From Acidobacteriota bacterium (lineage in GTDB: Bacteria; Acidobacteriota; Vicinamibacteria; Vicinamibacterales; CAVVIG01): 64,000 bases of DNA. Below are positions 46,063 through 55,707 of this stretch, in pieces (the stretch's first letter is position 1; each line of letters begins with the position of its first letter). The stretch covers positions 1,106-65,105 of the forward strand of contig JBKPAI010000051.1 of NCBI GenBank assembly GCA_046726355.1. The letters are read 5' to 3'. Position numbers and translations under genes: made by a program. Under the pieces are notes generated by a model that worked only from the letters and a program-made list of their open reading frames with translations, was not told the DNA's origin and ran no database searches.

Positions 46063-46626
46063 CTACTTGCGGACCACGTTCGTCAATTGCACCAGGTCCG
46101 CGTTGTAGCCCTCGGTCACAATCGCGCCTTCCTCGGTCAGTCGAACTGTCGTGGCCGGCGCGAGCTCGCCGCGACCCGGCCGTCCGGCCGTCACTTCGAG
46201 CAGCACGAGTCCGAGGTCGAAGCCGGTGGTCGGTTTCGCGCCGGGCAGACCGGCACCGAGGAATACGATCGGCTCGGCGGTGACAACCGTCATCAACCGC
46301 CCGTCTCCGAGCGTTCGCGCGTAGGCGTACTTGATCGGCGTCTTGTGCGACCCGAGTTGAACCGTGCCGACGTCGCCGCGCGCCGCGAGCAGCGCACGCG
46401 CGGAGGCCGTGCCGCCCTGCTTCAGCGCGGCCATCAGCTCGTCGCGTTCGGCGTCGGTCGCGAACCGGCGGACGATGACCGTGACCGGCGCGGTGGCGGT
46501 GGCGCCGCTGGCGGTTGTGACACTCGCCGATGCCGTAATAGTGAGCGCCTCCTCCGCGCTGCCGCGCGCGGACGGAATCGCGCAAAGAACGGCGACAGAA
46601 ATCGCGGTCGATGCTGTGAAGCGCAT
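46063..46626 (-). CDS. exported hypothetical protein, first gene of the atp transcript
   Basis: Signal peptide (MRFTASTAISVAVLCAIPSARGSA) and a soluble beta-rich body. The stop is 10 nt before atpB. Confidence 0.7.
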   Translation of the reverse strand: MRFTASTAISVAVLCAIPSARGSAEEALTITASASVTTASGATATAPVTVIVRRFATDAERDELMAALKQGGTASARALLAARGDVGTVQLGSHKTPIKYAYARTLGDGRLMTVVTAEPIVFLGAGLPGAKPTTGFDLGLVLLEVTAGRPGRGELAPATTVRLTEEGAIVTEGYNADLVQLTNVVRK

Positions 46627-46638
46627 GGCGCCTTCCGG

Positions 46639-46654
46639 AGCACGTCGCGTGCCA
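46639..46654 (-). promoter_or_regulatory. putative sigma54 -24/-12 promoter of the atp block
   Basis: Minus strand reads TGGCACGCGACGTGCT (perfect TGGCACG, GG-N10-GC). Confidence 0.62.
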
Positions 46655-46750
46655 CCGCCCTCGGTCCGCCGCGAACGCCGGCGATTGCTCCGCCCGAACA
46701 CATCGCGAGAACTCGCCGCGACCCCCGCCGTTCCGCAGGATCTGGAAAGG

Positions 46751-46766
46751 CTCCGACAGTTCGGAG
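46751..46766. promoter_or_regulatory. palindrome CTCCGA-N4-TCGGAG, putative activator binding site
   Basis: CTCCGACAGTTCGGAG lies between two divergent sigma54-like promoters. Confidence 0.7.
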
Positions 46767-46837
46767 TCCCTCCGGTCCGGCAGAGAGCGCAGGCGGCCGC
46801 GAGCGCGCGATTCGAGCCGGCGCCCGCGGAACCTCGA

Positions 46838-46853
46838 TGGCACGCCGGCTGCT
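46838..46853 (+). promoter_or_regulatory. putative sigma54 -24/-12 promoter of the RND-ppk2 block
   Basis: TGGCACGCCGGCTGCT (perfect TGGCACG, GG-N10-GC), about 45 nt before the MFP start. Confidence 0.7.
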
Positions 46854-46897
46854 GAGACACGCGATGGGTATCGCTTTGCAGAAGGAAGGGCGTGCGC

Positions 46898-48058
46898 ATG
46901 GGAGCCGATCGAGGACGAACGATCGTGGCCGTGGTCGCGGCTGCTGCGCTGACGTTCGCGTGTGAAAAACCGGCAGCGATCGCGCCTCCGCCCGCGGAGG
47001 TGTACGTGACGCCGGTGATCCAGAAGGACGTGCCGGTCTACCTGGAGCTCGTCGGCCAGACCCAGGGCTTTCAGGACGTCGAGATCCGCGCCCGCGTCGA
47101 AGGGTTTCTCGAGACGGTAAAGTTCCGCGAGGGATCCTTCGTACGCAGAGGCGACCTCCTCTACGAGATCGATCGCAAGCCACTCGAGGCGACGCTCGCC
47201 GTCGCCAGAGCCGATCTGGCAACCGCAAAGGCGCGGCTGGAGAAGGCCAACAACGACGTCGCGCGCTATACGCCCCTGGTCGCCAAGCAGGCGGTCAGCC
47301 AGCAGGAGCTCGACGACGCGGTTGCCGCGCAGAATGCGGCGCGGTCGCAGGTCGACGCCGCGGCGGCGGCGGTGGAGAAAGCGACGCTCGACCTCGGCTA
47401 CACGCGGGTGACGTCGGCAATCGATGGGCTCGTAGGCACGACGCAGGTGAAGCCCGGCAACCTCGTCGGCCGCGGTGAGAGCACGCTGCTCACGACGGTC
47501 TCACAAATCGATCCGATCATCTTCAGGGTTGGCGTCACCGAGGCCGATTACCTGCGCGTCGTCAAGCGCGACCCCGGCCGATCCGGCGCCGAGCCACGCG
47601 CGAGCGGCATCGAGCTGACGCTGGCGGACGGCACGGTCCATCCGCAGAGAGGCCGCCTGGGCCCGATCGAGCGGGCGATCAACGCGTCCACCGGCACGCT
47701 CGGCGTGCAGATTCTGTTTCCCAATCCCGATTCCGTGCTGCGGCCCGGCCAGTACGGACGCGCGCGCCTGCTGCTCGACACGAGAGCGGGCGCCCTGCTC
47801 GTCCCGCAGCGCGCGGTCCAGGAGCTGCAGAACCGCTACAGCGTGGCGGTAGTGAGCGGCGACAAGGTCGCCTTCCGCACCGTCAAGGTCGGTCCGCGCA
47901 TCGATTCGCTGTGGGTGATCGAGGAAGGGCTCGAGCCCGGCGTGCAGGTCGTGGTCGAAGGGCTTCAGGCGATTCGCGACGGCATGACGATCCGCGCCAA
48001 GCCGATGGCTGCGACCTCCACCAGCCGCACCGGCGACGTCGTGCCGGAGGCAAAGTAG
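46898..48058 (+). CDS. RND efflux membrane fusion protein (lipoprotein)
   Basis: Lipobox-like LTFAC, VEIRARVEGFL, GDLLYEID, coiled-coil hairpin, LRPGQY, LVPQRAV. Start is ATG 46898 or GTG 46892. Confidence 0.92.
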   Translation: MGADRGRTIVAVVAAAALTFACEKPAAIAPPPAEVYVTPVIQKDVPVYLELVGQTQGFQDVEIRARVEGFLETVKFREGSFVRRGDLLYEIDRKPLEATLAVARADLATAKARLEKANNDVARYTPLVAKQAVSQQELDDAVAAQNAARSQVDAAAAAVEKATLDLGYTRVTSAIDGLVGTTQVKPGNLVGRGESTLLTTVSQIDPIIFRVGVTEADYLRVVKRDPGRSGAEPRASGIELTLADGTVHPQRGRLGPIERAINASTGTLGVQILFPNPDSVLRPGQYGRARLLLDTRAGALLVPQRAVQELQNRYSVAVVSGDKVAFRTVKVGPRIDSLWVIEEGLEPGVQVVVEGLQAIRDGMTIRAKPMAATSTSRTGDVVPEAK

Positions 48059-48061
48059 ATC

Positions 48062-51000
48062 ATGGCTCGCTTCTTCGTCAACCGGCCGATCGTCGCCATC
48101 GTGCTGTCGATCATCCTGGTGCTGCTCGGCGTCGTCGCGATGCGCGGCCTGCCCATCGCACAGTACCCCGACATCGTGCCGCCGATGATCCAGGTCACCA
48201 CGACCTTCATCGGCGCCAGCGCGACGGACGTCGAGGCCTCGGTGGCAACCCCGCTCGAGCAGCAGATCAACGGCGTCGAGCAGGGCATTTACATGAAGTC
48301 GACGAACGCCAACGACGGCACGCTGACGCTCAAGGTGTCGTTCGAGGTCGGCTCGAACCTCGACATGGACAACGTCCTCACCCAGAACCGCGTGTCGCAG
48401 GCGATGCCGCTGATGCCGCAGCCGGTCAAGCAGTACGGCGTCACGGTCAAGAAGTCGCTGGCGTTCCCGCTGATGGTCATCTCGATCAAGTCGCCGCACG
48501 GCAGCTACGACAGCAGCTTCCTGTCGAACTACTCGACCATCAACATCAACGACGCGATCGCGCGCATCCCTGGTGTGGGTCAGGTCACGCTGTACGGCGG
48601 CAGCGACTACGCGATGCGGGTGTGGCTGCGGCCGGATCGAATCGGGCGACTCGGTCTCACGGTCCCCGACATCGCCAACGCGATCGCCCAGCAGAATCAG
48701 TTGAGCCCCGCCGGTCAGATCGGCGGGCCGCCGGCGGCACCCGCGACGGAATACACCTACACCGTTCGCACCCAGGGGCGGCTGCTCAACGAAGACGAGT
48801 TCGGCGACATCATCCTGCGCACCGCGGCGGACGGCTCGCAGGTGCGCTTGAAGGACGTCGCGCGCCTCGAGCTGGGAACGATGCTCTACAACGCGATCGG
48901 CCGCCACGACAGCCAGCCGGCGGCGGTCATCGCAATCTATCAGGTTCCCGGGAGCAACGCCCTGGCGGTTGCGAACCAGATCAAGGCGACGCTCGCCGAT
49001 CTCTCGAAGCGGTTCCCGCCGGACATGAACTATCTGGTCTCGCTCGACACCACGCTGCCGGTGTCCGAGGGCATCAACGAGATCGTGCACACCCTCTTCG
49101 AGGCGGTAGCGCTCGTCCTCATCGTGGTGTTCGTGTTCCTGCAGAACTGGCGCGCGACGCTGATTCCGCTCATGACCGTGCCGGTATCGCTGGTCGGCGC
49201 CTTCATTTTCTTCCCGCTCCTGGGCTTCTCGATCAACGTGCTCTCGCTCCTCGGCCTCGTCCTCGCCATTGGCATCGTCGTCGACGACGCGATTGTCGTG
49301 GTGGAGGCGGTGATGCACCACATCGAGCACGGTCTGTCGCCAAAGGACGCCACGATCAAGGCGATGGACGAGGTGTCAGGACCGGTGGTGGCTATCGGGC
49401 TGATTCTGAGCGCGGTGTTCGTGCCGGTGGGGTTCATGGGCGGCATCACCGGCCGGCTGTACCAGCAGTTCGCGATCACCATCGCCCTGTCGGTGCTGCT
49501 GTCGGTGGTCAACGCGCTGACGCTCAGCCCGGCGCTCTCGGCGATGCTGCTGAAGGCGCCGAGCGGAAAGCGGACGCTGCTGACGCCGTTCTACAACGCA
49601 TTCAACAAGGTGTTCGGCGTCACGACCGATGTGTACGTCAGCTTCGCCGGCATCCTCGTCCGGAAGATGGTCCGCAGCATGGCGTTCATCGCCGTGCTGA
49701 TCGTCGCGATCGTCGTCCTTCTCCGCCACATCCCTGGCGGCTTCGTGCCGGAGGAGGATCAGGGATTTCTGCTCGTCAACGCGGTGCTGCCCGATGCGGC
49801 CTCGCTCGAGCGTACCGATGCCGTGATGCGCAAGGCCGAAGCGGTGCTCAAGGCGAACGAGGCGGTTGAAGGCTACAACACCATCAGTGGATTCAGCCTG
49901 CTGACCGGTGCGTATTCGTCGAACATGGGGTTTTTCTTCGTGCAGCTCAAACCGTGGGAGGAACGCGGCCGCACCCACACCGCGGCGGTCGTGACGCAGG
50001 CGTTGAACGGCGCGTTCGCGCAGGAAATTCGCGAAGGCGCGGTTGTCGCGTTCGGCCCGCCGGCGATTCCCGGGCTCGGGACCGGCGCCGGCTTCACCTT
50101 CGAGCTCCAGGACCGCAGCGGCGGGTCGCCTGAGTACCTCGCCGCGCAGGCGCAGTCGTTCATCGAGGCGGCGCGGAAACGGCCCGAGATTGCGCGGATT
50201 AACACGCTGTATCGCGCGTCGGTGCCGCAGATCTACGCGGACATCGACCGGAGCAAAGTGACGAAGGCGGGTGTTCAGCTCGCCGACGTCAACACGACGC
50301 TCGGGGCGCTGCTCGGCAGCTCCTACGTGAACGACTTCAACAAGTTCGGTCGCGTGTACAAGGTGTACGTGCAGGCCGAGCCCGAATTCCGGCGGGATGC
50401 GAGCCAGCTCGGACTCTTCTTCGTCCGCAACGCCGCAGCCGGGATGGTGCCGCTCGACACGTTCGTGGCCACGCGGCCCAGCGCAGGTCCGGAGTTCACC
50501 AACCGGTTCAACCTGTTCCGGACGGCGGAAATCACCGGCGTGCCCGCGGCGGGATTCTCGTCGGCCCAGGCGCTCGATGCGCTCGAAGCGACGGCGCGCG
50601 AGGTGTTGCCGCCCGACGTCAGCTATGACTGGGCGGACATGTCGTATCAGGAGCGCAAGGCGCCGGGTGTCGCGGTCGTGTTCGGGTTGGGGGTGCTGCT
50701 CGTGTTCCTGATCCTGTCGGCGCAGTATGAAAGCTGGGGTCTGCCGTTCAGCGTGCTCCTCGGCACGCCGTTCGCCGCCTTCGGCGCGTACTTCGGGCTC
50801 TGGTCGGCGCGTCAATTCTCGGAGAGCTACGTGAACAACGTGTTCGCGCAGATCGGGCTGATCATGCTCGTCGGTCTGGCCGCAAAGAATGCGATCCTCA
50901 TCGTCGAATTCGCCAAGATGCAGCACGACGCCGGCGTCGGCCTCGTCGATTCGGCGCTCACCGCGGCGAAATTGCGCTTCAGACCCATTCTGATGACCGC

Positions 51001-51241
51001 GTTCGCCTTCATCCTCGGCGTCGTCCCGCTGCTCACGGCATCGGGGGCCGGCGCCGAAGCGCGCAAAGTGATGGGCATGGCCGTCTTTTCCGGCATGCTC
51101 ATCGCGACCATCCTCGGCGTCTGTCTGATTCCAATGTTGTTCGTGGCCGTCGAGAAGATCATCGGCGGAGCAAGGCAGCACGCGCCGGCCCCTGCCGCGC
51201 CATCCGCTCTGGCGGCGCAGCCCGGCAGCGGAATCCACTGA
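48062..51241 (+). CDS. HAE1-family RND efflux permease (AcrB/MexB-like)
   Basis: Motifs FFVNRPI, QYPDI, GIVVDDAIVVVE (proton-relay Asp pair), AKNAILIVEF, RFRPILMT. Confidence 0.95.
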   Translation: MARFFVNRPIVAIVLSIILVLLGVVAMRGLPIAQYPDIVPPMIQVTTTFIGASATDVEASVATPLEQQINGVEQGIYMKSTNANDGTLTLKVSFEVGSNLDMDNVLTQNRVSQAMPLMPQPVKQYGVTVKKSLAFPLMVISIKSPHGSYDSSFLSNYSTININDAIARIPGVGQVTLYGGSDYAMRVWLRPDRIGRLGLTVPDIANAIAQQNQLSPAGQIGGPPAAPATEYTYTVRTQGRLLNEDEFGDIILRTAADGSQVRLKDVARLELGTMLYNAIGRHDSQPAAVIAIYQVPGSNALAVANQIKATLADLSKRFPPDMNYLVSLDTTLPVSEGINEIVHTLFEAVALVLIVVFVFLQNWRATLIPLMTVPVSLVGAFIFFPLLGFSINVLSLLGLVLAIGIVVDDAIVVVEAVMHHIEHGLSPKDATIKAMDEVSGPVVAIGLILSAVFVPVGFMGGITGRLYQQFAITIALSVLLSVVNALTLSPALSAMLLKAPSGKRTLLTPFYNAFNKVFGVTTDVYVSFAGILVRKMVRSMAFIAVLIVAIVVLLRHIPGGFVPEEDQGFLLVNAVLPDAASLERTDAVMRKAEAVLKANEAVEGYNTISGFSLLTGAYSSNMGFFFVQLKPWEERGRTHTAAVVTQALNGAFAQEIREGAVVAFGPPAIPGLGTGAGFTFELQDRSGGSPEYLAAQAQSFIEAARKRPEIARINTLYRASVPQIYADIDRSKVTKAGVQLADVNTTLGALLGSSYVNDFNKFGRVYKVYVQAEPEFRRDASQLGLFFVRNAAAGMVPLDTFVATRPSAGPEFTNRFNLFRTAEITGVPAAGFSSAQALDALEATAREVLPPDVSYDWADMSYQERKAPGVAVVFGLGVLLVFLILSAQYESWGLPFSVLLGTPFAAFGAYFGLWSARQFSESYVNNVFAQIGLIMLVGLAAKNAILIVEFAKMQHDAGVGLVDSALTAAKLRFRPILMTAFAFILGVVPLLTASGAGAEARKVMGMAVFSGMLIATILGVCLIPMLFVAVEKIIGGARQHAPAPAAPSALAAQPGSGIH

Positions 51242-51242
51242 G

Positions 51243-52664
51243 ATGGCGGCCATCCCTCGGCCCCCGCGCGTGGTCACGGTCGCCGTCACGTCGCTGTGGC
51301 TCAGCGGCTGTGCCGTCGGGCCCAACTACGCACGGCCGCAGGTGGCGAGTCCGCCGGAGTATCGATTCGCCGAGGGCATGGCCCAGGCGCAGTCGCTGGC
51401 CGACCTGCCGTGGTTCCAGGTTTTCGACGACCCGGCGCTGCAGGCGCTCATCCGCGAAGCACTCGCGAACAATCTCGATGTCCGCGCAGCGGTGGCGCGC
51501 GTCGAGGAGGCGCGCGCCCGCGCCGGAATCGCGACGTCGTTCCTGTATCCGCAGGTCGACGCCACCGCGAGCTACGCGCTGCGGCAGGCGTCGAACACAT
51601 CGTCGCAGACCGGCACGCAACAGACGACCGACGACACGACGCATCAAAGCGGCGTCTATGGCTTTCAGCTCTCCTGGGAGCTCGATCTGTTCGGGCGGCT
51701 GCGGCGCGAGCGGGAATCTGCGCTGGCGGTGGCGCTCGCGAGCGAGCAGGCTCGACGCGGCGTTCTCGTCACGCTGGTCGGAGACGTCGCGACGGATTAC
51801 TTCCTGCTGCGCGAGCTCGACCTGCAGCTCGATATCGCACGGGAGACGCTGCGACTCAACGACGACACGGTGACCTACTTCCGGAACCGGCTCCAGGGTG
51901 GCGTGTCGAACCGCCTCGAGCTCGATCGCATCCTGGCGAACCGATCGCAGACGGCGGCGACGATTCCGGACCTCGAACAGCAGATCGGTCTCGTCGAGAA
52001 CGCGCTGTCGCTGCTCCTCGGCCGGCCGCCCTCGTCGATCACGCGCGAACGTCTCGATCCGCGTGCCGCGCTCCCGCCGCCGATCCCTCCCGGATTGCCC
52101 GCGTCGCTCCTCGAGCGGCGGCCCGATGTGGTCGAAGCGGAGCAGCTGCTCGTGGCCGCGAACGCCGACATCGGGGCGGCGAAGGCGCTGTTCTTTCCGA
52201 CGATCGGCCTGACCGGATTTGCGGGCGGCGTGAGCGGCGATCTCACGCGGTTCCTTGGCGGCGACGGCGCGGTGTGGTCGGTGGGCGCCGGGCTGCTGCA
52301 GCCGGTATTTCAGGCCGGTCGGCTGCGGCGGAATCTCGACGCGATGCGCGCGCGCTACGCCGCGGCGCTCGCCGGGTATCAGAAGGCCGCGCTGAACGGC
52401 TATCGCGAGGTCGCCAATACGCTGCTGACGATTCAGAAGCTGGCGGTGGTGCGCGTCGAGCGGGAGGCGGCGGTCGTCGCCCTGCAGGACGCTACGGACC
52501 TGTCGCGATCCCGCTACGACTCGGGGCTCGCATCATATATCGAGATACTGACGGCCGACGAGCGACTGTTCGAGCAGCAGCTCCTGCTGGCGCAGACGCG
52601 GGGAGCAGAACTGCGGGCGCGCGCGGAGCTCTACCGGACGCTCGGTGGCGGATGGCAGCCATAA
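51243..52664 (+). CDS. outer membrane factor (NodT/OprM-like lipoprotein)
   Basis: Lipobox LSGC-AVGPNY, SWELDLFGRLR, LLERRPDV, LYRTLGGGW. Confidence 0.93.
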   Translation: MAAIPRPPRVVTVAVTSLWLSGCAVGPNYARPQVASPPEYRFAEGMAQAQSLADLPWFQVFDDPALQALIREALANNLDVRAAVARVEEARARAGIATSFLYPQVDATASYALRQASNTSSQTGTQQTTDDTTHQSGVYGFQLSWELDLFGRLRRERESALAVALASEQARRGVLVTLVGDVATDYFLLRELDLQLDIARETLRLNDDTVTYFRNRLQGGVSNRLELDRILANRSQTAATIPDLEQQIGLVENALSLLLGRPPSSITRERLDPRAALPPPIPPGLPASLLERRPDVVEAEQLLVAANADIGAAKALFFPTIGLTGFAGGVSGDLTRFLGGDGAVWSVGAGLLQPVFQAGRLRRNLDAMRARYAAALAGYQKAALNGYREVANTLLTIQKLAVVRVEREAAVVALQDATDLSRSRYDSGLASYIEILTADERLFEQQLLLAQTRGAELRARAELYRTLGGGWQP

Positions 52665-52678
52665 CCGAAGGTCGGACG

Positions 52679-53461
52679 ATGTCGAAGCTCAAACGGAAGA
52701 AGTTCGAGAAGGAATTAATACGGTTGCAAGGCAGGCTCTGCGTCCTCCAGGAATGGGTCAAAGCCAAAGGACTCCGCGTCATCGTCATCTTCGAAGGGCG
52801 CGACGCGGCGGGGAAGGGAGGAACGATCAAGGCGATCACGGAGCGTGTGAGCCCGCGGGTGTTTCGAGCGATCGCGCTGCCGGCGCCGTCGGAGCGCGAG
52901 AAGTCTCAGATGTACATCCAGCGCTATCTCCAGCACTTTCCGGCGGCCGGCGAAGTCGTCATCTTCGATCGCAGCTGGTACAACCGCGCTGGTGTCGAGC
53001 CGGTGATGGGGTTCTGCACGAAGGAACAGTACAAACAGTTCCTCGAACTGGTCCCCGAGTTCGAGCGACACCTGGTCAACAGCGGCATCTACCTGATCAA
53101 GTTCTGGCTCGAGGTCGGCAACAAAGAGCAGGAACGCCGGTTCAGGGCGCGCATCGACGATCCGGTACGGCAGTGGAAGCTGAGCCTGATGGATCTGCCG
53201 TCGCGCGCGAAATGGTACGACTACTCGCGCGCGCGCGACGCGATGCTCAAGGCGACCGACACGCGCGTCGCGCCCTGGTACATCGTCCGATCCGACGACA
53301 AGAAGCGCGCGCGCCTCAATTGCATCGCCCATTTGCTCAAACTCATTCCCCACAAGAGGCTCAAGCGTCCGAGGGTGAAGCTTCCCGAGCGATCGCGAAA
53401 GCGCGCGTACAACGACGAGGCGTCGCTGGCGCGGCGCCGGTTCGTGCCCGAGACCTATTGA
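52679..53461 (+). CDS. ppk2: polyphosphate kinase 2 (single domain)
   Basis: Motifs FEGRDAAGKGG (Walker A), FDRSWYNR, RQWKLS, DKKRARLN. Start is ATG 52679. Confidence 0.93.
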   Translation: MSKLKRKKFEKELIRLQGRLCVLQEWVKAKGLRVIVIFEGRDAAGKGGTIKAITERVSPRVFRAIALPAPSEREKSQMYIQRYLQHFPAAGEVVIFDRSWYNRAGVEPVMGFCTKEQYKQFLELVPEFERHLVNSGIYLIKFWLEVGNKEQERRFRARIDDPVRQWKLSLMDLPSRAKWYDYSRARDAMLKATDTRVAPWYIVRSDDKKRARLNCIAHLLKLIPHKRLKRPRVKLPERSRKRAYNDEASLARRRFVPETY

Positions 53462-53486
53462 ACCGTTCGCAGCGGAGACAGATCGC

Positions 53487-53975
53487 ATGGCAACCGTAAC
53501 CGTTCTGAAATTCTCGACCCCCGAGGGCGCGCAGAATGCGCTGGCCCTGGTGCAACGCCTGAAGAAGAAACATCTGATCAAGTTGCTCGATGCCGCGATC
53601 GTGTCGTGGCCGACGGGCGAAAGCGGTCCCACGACTCGTCAGCTGGTGAACCTGGTCAGGACCGGCGCCCTGACCGGGATGTTCTGGGGCATGCTCTTCG
53701 GGCTGATTTTCGTGACGCCGCTGTTTGGCATGGTGCTCGGCTCGGCCGTCGGTGCACTCGGCGGGACGTTTCACGACTATGGTATCGACGACGACTTCAT
53801 CAGGCAGGTCCGCGGCGCGGTCACCGCCGGCACGTCGGCGCTGTTCCTGATGACGAGCGACGCGGTGATGGATCGCGTCGTCGAGGGAATGAAGGGCGTG
53901 AAGTTCGAAGTCATCGCCACCAACTTGTCGGCCGACCAGGAGCGAAAATTGCGTGAAGCGTTCGCCGCGGCGTAA
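53487..53975 (+). CDS. DUF1269-family membrane protein
   Basis: Motif LIKLLDAAIV, a glycine-zipper TM pair (GALTGMFWGMLFGL...GSAVGALGG), DYGIDDDFI, GTSALF, TNLS. Confidence 0.82.
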   Translation: MATVTVLKFSTPEGAQNALALVQRLKKKHLIKLLDAAIVSWPTGESGPTTRQLVNLVRTGALTGMFWGMLFGLIFVTPLFGMVLGSAVGALGGTFHDYGIDDDFIRQVRGAVTAGTSALFLMTSDAVMDRVVEGMKGVKFEVIATNLSADQERKLREAFAAA

Positions 53976-55707
53976 TCGCGCTCGGCGCTTCGTCTGTTTC
54001 GCAGCCGGCGCGCTGGCGAGCCTCGCTGTGGGCGCGCACGCGGCGTTTGCCGCGCAAACGCCCACAGCAGCGCTGGGTGAGTCGCAGGGATCCCCCCCGA
54101 CTACGATCGGGGCGGAACGCGCGGGGCGGCCGGCGACGCTCATTTTCTTCAACCGTCCCATCGTCACGCTCAGAGCGCGCGTGCTCGGACGGGAGCCCGA
54201 CGAACGCGCGGCCGGCGCGAAACATCGGCTCGACGATCTCGTCGCAGCGCAGGTCACGGGACCGGTCGCGTCGCGACCGGTCGACGGCGGCGTGCTCGTC
54301 AACGTCGGTTCGCGCAGCGTGCTGGCGCTGACGGCGGCCGATGTCGACGACCTGTCCGGTGAAACCGTCGAGGACGTCGCTGAGCGCACGGTCGCCCGCC
54401 TGCGGCAGGCGCTCGGCGAGGCGGCGGAGGCGCATGCGCCGAGGGTACTTCTGCGGTCGGCCACCGTTGCTGCGCTCGCCGTCGCGGTTGGCCTCCTGCT
54501 GATGGCCGCCGTTGCGCGCGCGCGCCGCGTGGCGACCGCGAGGCTGATCCCGATTGCGGAAGAGACGATTGCGAGATCCGGCATCGCCGACCGCGATTTG
54601 CTGCGCGCCTCGCGGCTGCTGGAGGTCGAACGCCGCGTCGTCACGACGGCGGCCGTATCGGCGCACGCCGTCATTCTTTACAGTGTCCTCACGTTCGTGC
54701 TTCGGCGCTTCCCGTACACGCGTCCGTGGGGAGAGTCGATGCGGGCGTTCCTGATCGGGACCGTCGAGCAGCTCGCCGCCGGCGTGCTGAGGGCCCTTCC
54801 GGGATTGTTCGCGGCGGCAGTCATTTTCCTGGCGGCGCGCTGCCTGATTCGTCTGCTCGGCCTCTGGTTCGCCGCGATCGAACAAGGGCGGATCGCGCCG
54901 CGCTGGATCTATCCTGAAACCACGCTGCCCACGCGGCGGTTGTCGTCGGCGCTGGTGTGGATGTTTGCGCTGGTGGCGGCATATCCGTATCTGCCGGGAA
55001 GCCAGACCGAGGGGTTCAAAGGCCTCAGCGTCTTTTTGGGCCTCATCGTGACGTTCGGGTCGAGCGGACTGGTCAACCAGATCATGAGCGGCTTCATGGT
55101 CACCTACTCGCGCGCGGTACGGCTCGGCGACTTCGTCCGCATCGGCGACGTCGAGGGCACGGTCACGCACCTGGGCGTACTGTCCGCCAAGGTGAGAACA
55201 CCGCGGAACGAGGAGGTCACGATTCCGAACGCGGTCATCGTCTCGCAGACCACGATCGATTACTCGCGCTTGGCCGATCAAGGCGTGTTCACGCCCTCGT
55301 CGGTGACCATCGGCTACGACGCGCCGTGGCGGCAGGTGCAATCGCTCCTGCTGCTGGCGGCCGAGCGGACGCCGGGTATCCGCCGCGAGCCGAAGCCGCT
55401 CGTGCTCCAGGAGGCGCTCGAGGATTTCTACGTCAAGTACACGCTCCTGGTGTGCCTCGAGCGCCAGGAGCTGCGGCCGTACACGCTGCACACGCTGCAC
55501 GCGCTCATCCAGGATCTGTTCAACGAGTACGGCGTGCAGATCATGTCGCCGAACTACGTCATGGACCCGGCGGCGCCGAAGATCGTGGCCAAAGAACACT
55601 GGTTCGCGGCGCCCGCTCGAGGGGAACCGGTCAGCGGAACCACACGAGTCCGAACTTCAGGTTCCACCGGCCACTCTGATTCGGTCCCCACCACAGCTCC
55701 GGCTTGA
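53953..55707 (+). CDS. MscS-family mechanosensitive channel (second copy)
   Basis: Signal-like N-terminus, a periplasmic domain, YPYLPGS...FKGLSVFLG, LGDFVRIGDVEGTV, TIPN, TIGYD, GVQIMSP. Confidence 0.87.
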   Translation: MKRSPRRNRARRFVCFAAGALASLAVGAHAAFAAQTPTAALGESQGSPPTTIGAERAGRPATLIFFNRPIVTLRARVLGREPDERAAGAKHRLDDLVAAQVTGPVASRPVDGGVLVNVGSRSVLALTAADVDDLSGETVEDVAERTVARLRQALGEAAEAHAPRVLLRSATVAALAVAVGLLLMAAVARARRVATARLIPIAEETIARSGIADRDLLRASRLLEVERRVVTTAAVSAHAVILYSVLTFVLRRFPYTRPWGESMRAFLIGTVEQLAAGVLRALPGLFAAAVIFLAARCLIRLLGLWFAAIEQGRIAPRWIYPETTLPTRRLSSALVWMFALVAAYPYLPGSQTEGFKGLSVFLGLIVTFGSSGLVNQIMSGFMVTYSRAVRLGDFVRIGDVEGTVTHLGVLSAKVRTPRNEEVTIPNAVIVSQTTIDYSRLADQGVFTPSSVTIGYDAPWRQVQSLLLLAAERTPGIRREPKPLVLQEALEDFYVKYTLLVCLERQELRPYTLHTLHALIQDLFNEYGVQIMSPNYVMDPAAPKIVAKEHWFAAPARGEPVSGTTRVRTSGSTGHSDSVPTTAPA

